DNA from: Desulfocapsa sulfexigens DSM 10523
Lineage (GTDB): Bacteria; Desulfobacterota; Desulfobulbia; Desulfobulbales; Desulfocapsaceae
DNA: 32,000 nucleotides
NCBI RefSeq assembly: GCF_000341395.1
Contig: NC_020304.1
Location: 1,050,001-1,082,000, forward strand
Direction: 5' to 3'
Shown: in pieces, positions 31,303 through 32,000 of the stretch
Layout: every line of letters begins with the position of its first letter
How positions within the stretch are numbered: the first letter of the stretch is position 1
Notes under the pieces: generated by a model
What the model was told of the DNA's origin: nothing
The model's input: the letters and a program-made list of their open reading frames with translations, nothing else
The model's database searches: none
Position numbers and translations under genes: made by a program

Positions 31303-32000
31303 ATGATGGCCACTTCAACAGCAAATCAAACAAATACAGAAAGGGCAGGTTTTGAACTGTTAACGGATCCAAGCTATCTGGTCAATAATGACATGACCAT
31401 CACCTGGGCCAACGATGCTTTCTTAAAAGAATTTCACCTCAAGAAAACTGAAGTTATCAACAAACTGACCTGTGAAGAGGCATGCCCCTCACATCTTTGT
31501 GGGACAAAAGACTGTCCCATCGTTAAATCAAAACGCATAAAAAAAGCAGCAGAAGGAGACGTATTCTACACAAATAATGGAAGCGCTGCCAACTGGTACC
31601 ACTCCAAAGCAACCCCCATGCCAGCACAGGAGGGCACTCTGGTCTCCATGACAGATATTACCAGGGTCAAGGAGATGGAAGCAAAACTCAGGCAGATGGA
31701 AACAGACCTCAATGTCATCCCAACACCCATCATGGAGATTGATGATAAATTCACCATCACCTTTATGAATCCGGCAGGTGCGGCTGTGGCCGGAAAGATG
31801 CCGGATGAAGTGATTGGAAGCAAATGCTACGATCTCTTCAAGACACCGCATTGTAAAACTGAAAAATGCGCCTGTGCCCGCGCTATGAAAACGGACTCGG
31901 TGGTCACCGACACAACCATCGCCCGCCCCGCTGACGGAATTATTGTGCCTATAAAATACACCGGAGCACCGATAAAAGACGCCAAGGGCAATATCAAAGG
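31303..32000 (+). CDS. PAS-domain sensor protein (probably a chemoreceptor or kinase N-terminus) with Cys-rich motifs; the 3' end lies outside the window
   Basis: AAGGAGGAG Shine-Dalgarno before ATGATG at 31303. The frame stays open to the window end. Two PAS-like modules (MTITWANDAFLKEF, FTITFMNPAGAAVAG) are each followed by a four-Cys cluster. The ORF is not in the track because it is open-ended. Confidence 0.75.
   Translation, partial: MMATSTANQTNTERAGFELLTDPSYLVNNDMTITWANDAFLKEFHLKKTEVINKLTCEEACPSHLCGTKDCPIVKSKRIKKAAEGDVFYTNNGSAANWYHSKATPMPAQEGTLVSMTDITRVKEMEAKLRQMETDLNVIPTPIMEIDDKFTITFMNPAGAAVAGKMPDEVIGSKCYDLFKTPHCKTEKCACARAMKTDSVVTDTTIARPADGIIVPIKYTGAPIKDAKGNIK

Overview
This is a gene-dense chromosomal window with about 36 supportable protein genes on both strands. 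I saw no rRNA, tRNA, CRISPR array, transposase or integrase. The gene content suggests an anaerobic deltaproteobacterium-like host, but that is inference only. It includes sigma-54-type promoters, NikR with an ECF-type CbiMQO nickel/cobalt importer, a ferredoxin:thioredoxin-reductase-like protein, MATE, a multi-CheW protein and Cys-rich PAS sensors.

Left third (1-10173): this part has a light or photo-oxidative theme.
- A CrtI-family oxidoreductase.
- An operon encoding DUF523/DUF1722, a glutaredoxin-like protein, an FTR-like protein, a DCC protein and a class II photolyase; its first three genes overlap (ATGA).
- A CarH/LitR-type MerR-B12 regulator inside an operon with an FKBP-methyltransferase, a thioesterase and an OMP. 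Its divergent promoter region carries four in-register 11-bp AAnnTnnACAn repeats.

Middle:
- A secreted vWA protein with four internal repeats, followed by a DUF3592 membrane protein.
- A 57-aa four-CxxC mini-gene in an AT-rich spacer that is absent from the ORF track.
- glpD, and nikR-cbiM-(accessory)-cbiQ-cbiO.

Right:
- EamA and a CPA2-USP antiporter.
- A PRTase translationally coupled to a protein that is only the RapZ C-terminal domain.
- Two tandem paralogous 64-aa membrane peptides behind a sigma-54-like promoter.
- LysR divergent from rhodanese and transglutaminase genes, then MATE and nitroreductase.
- A sigma-54-driven triple-CheW gene and a PAS sensor gene.

A structured repeat of about 150 nt occurs twice in inverted orientation (5310-5485 and 19103-19255). 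One copy supplies the last codons of the photolyase gene. All functional calls rest on motif recognition in the translated ORFs and on reading the DNA by eye; no database search was possible.
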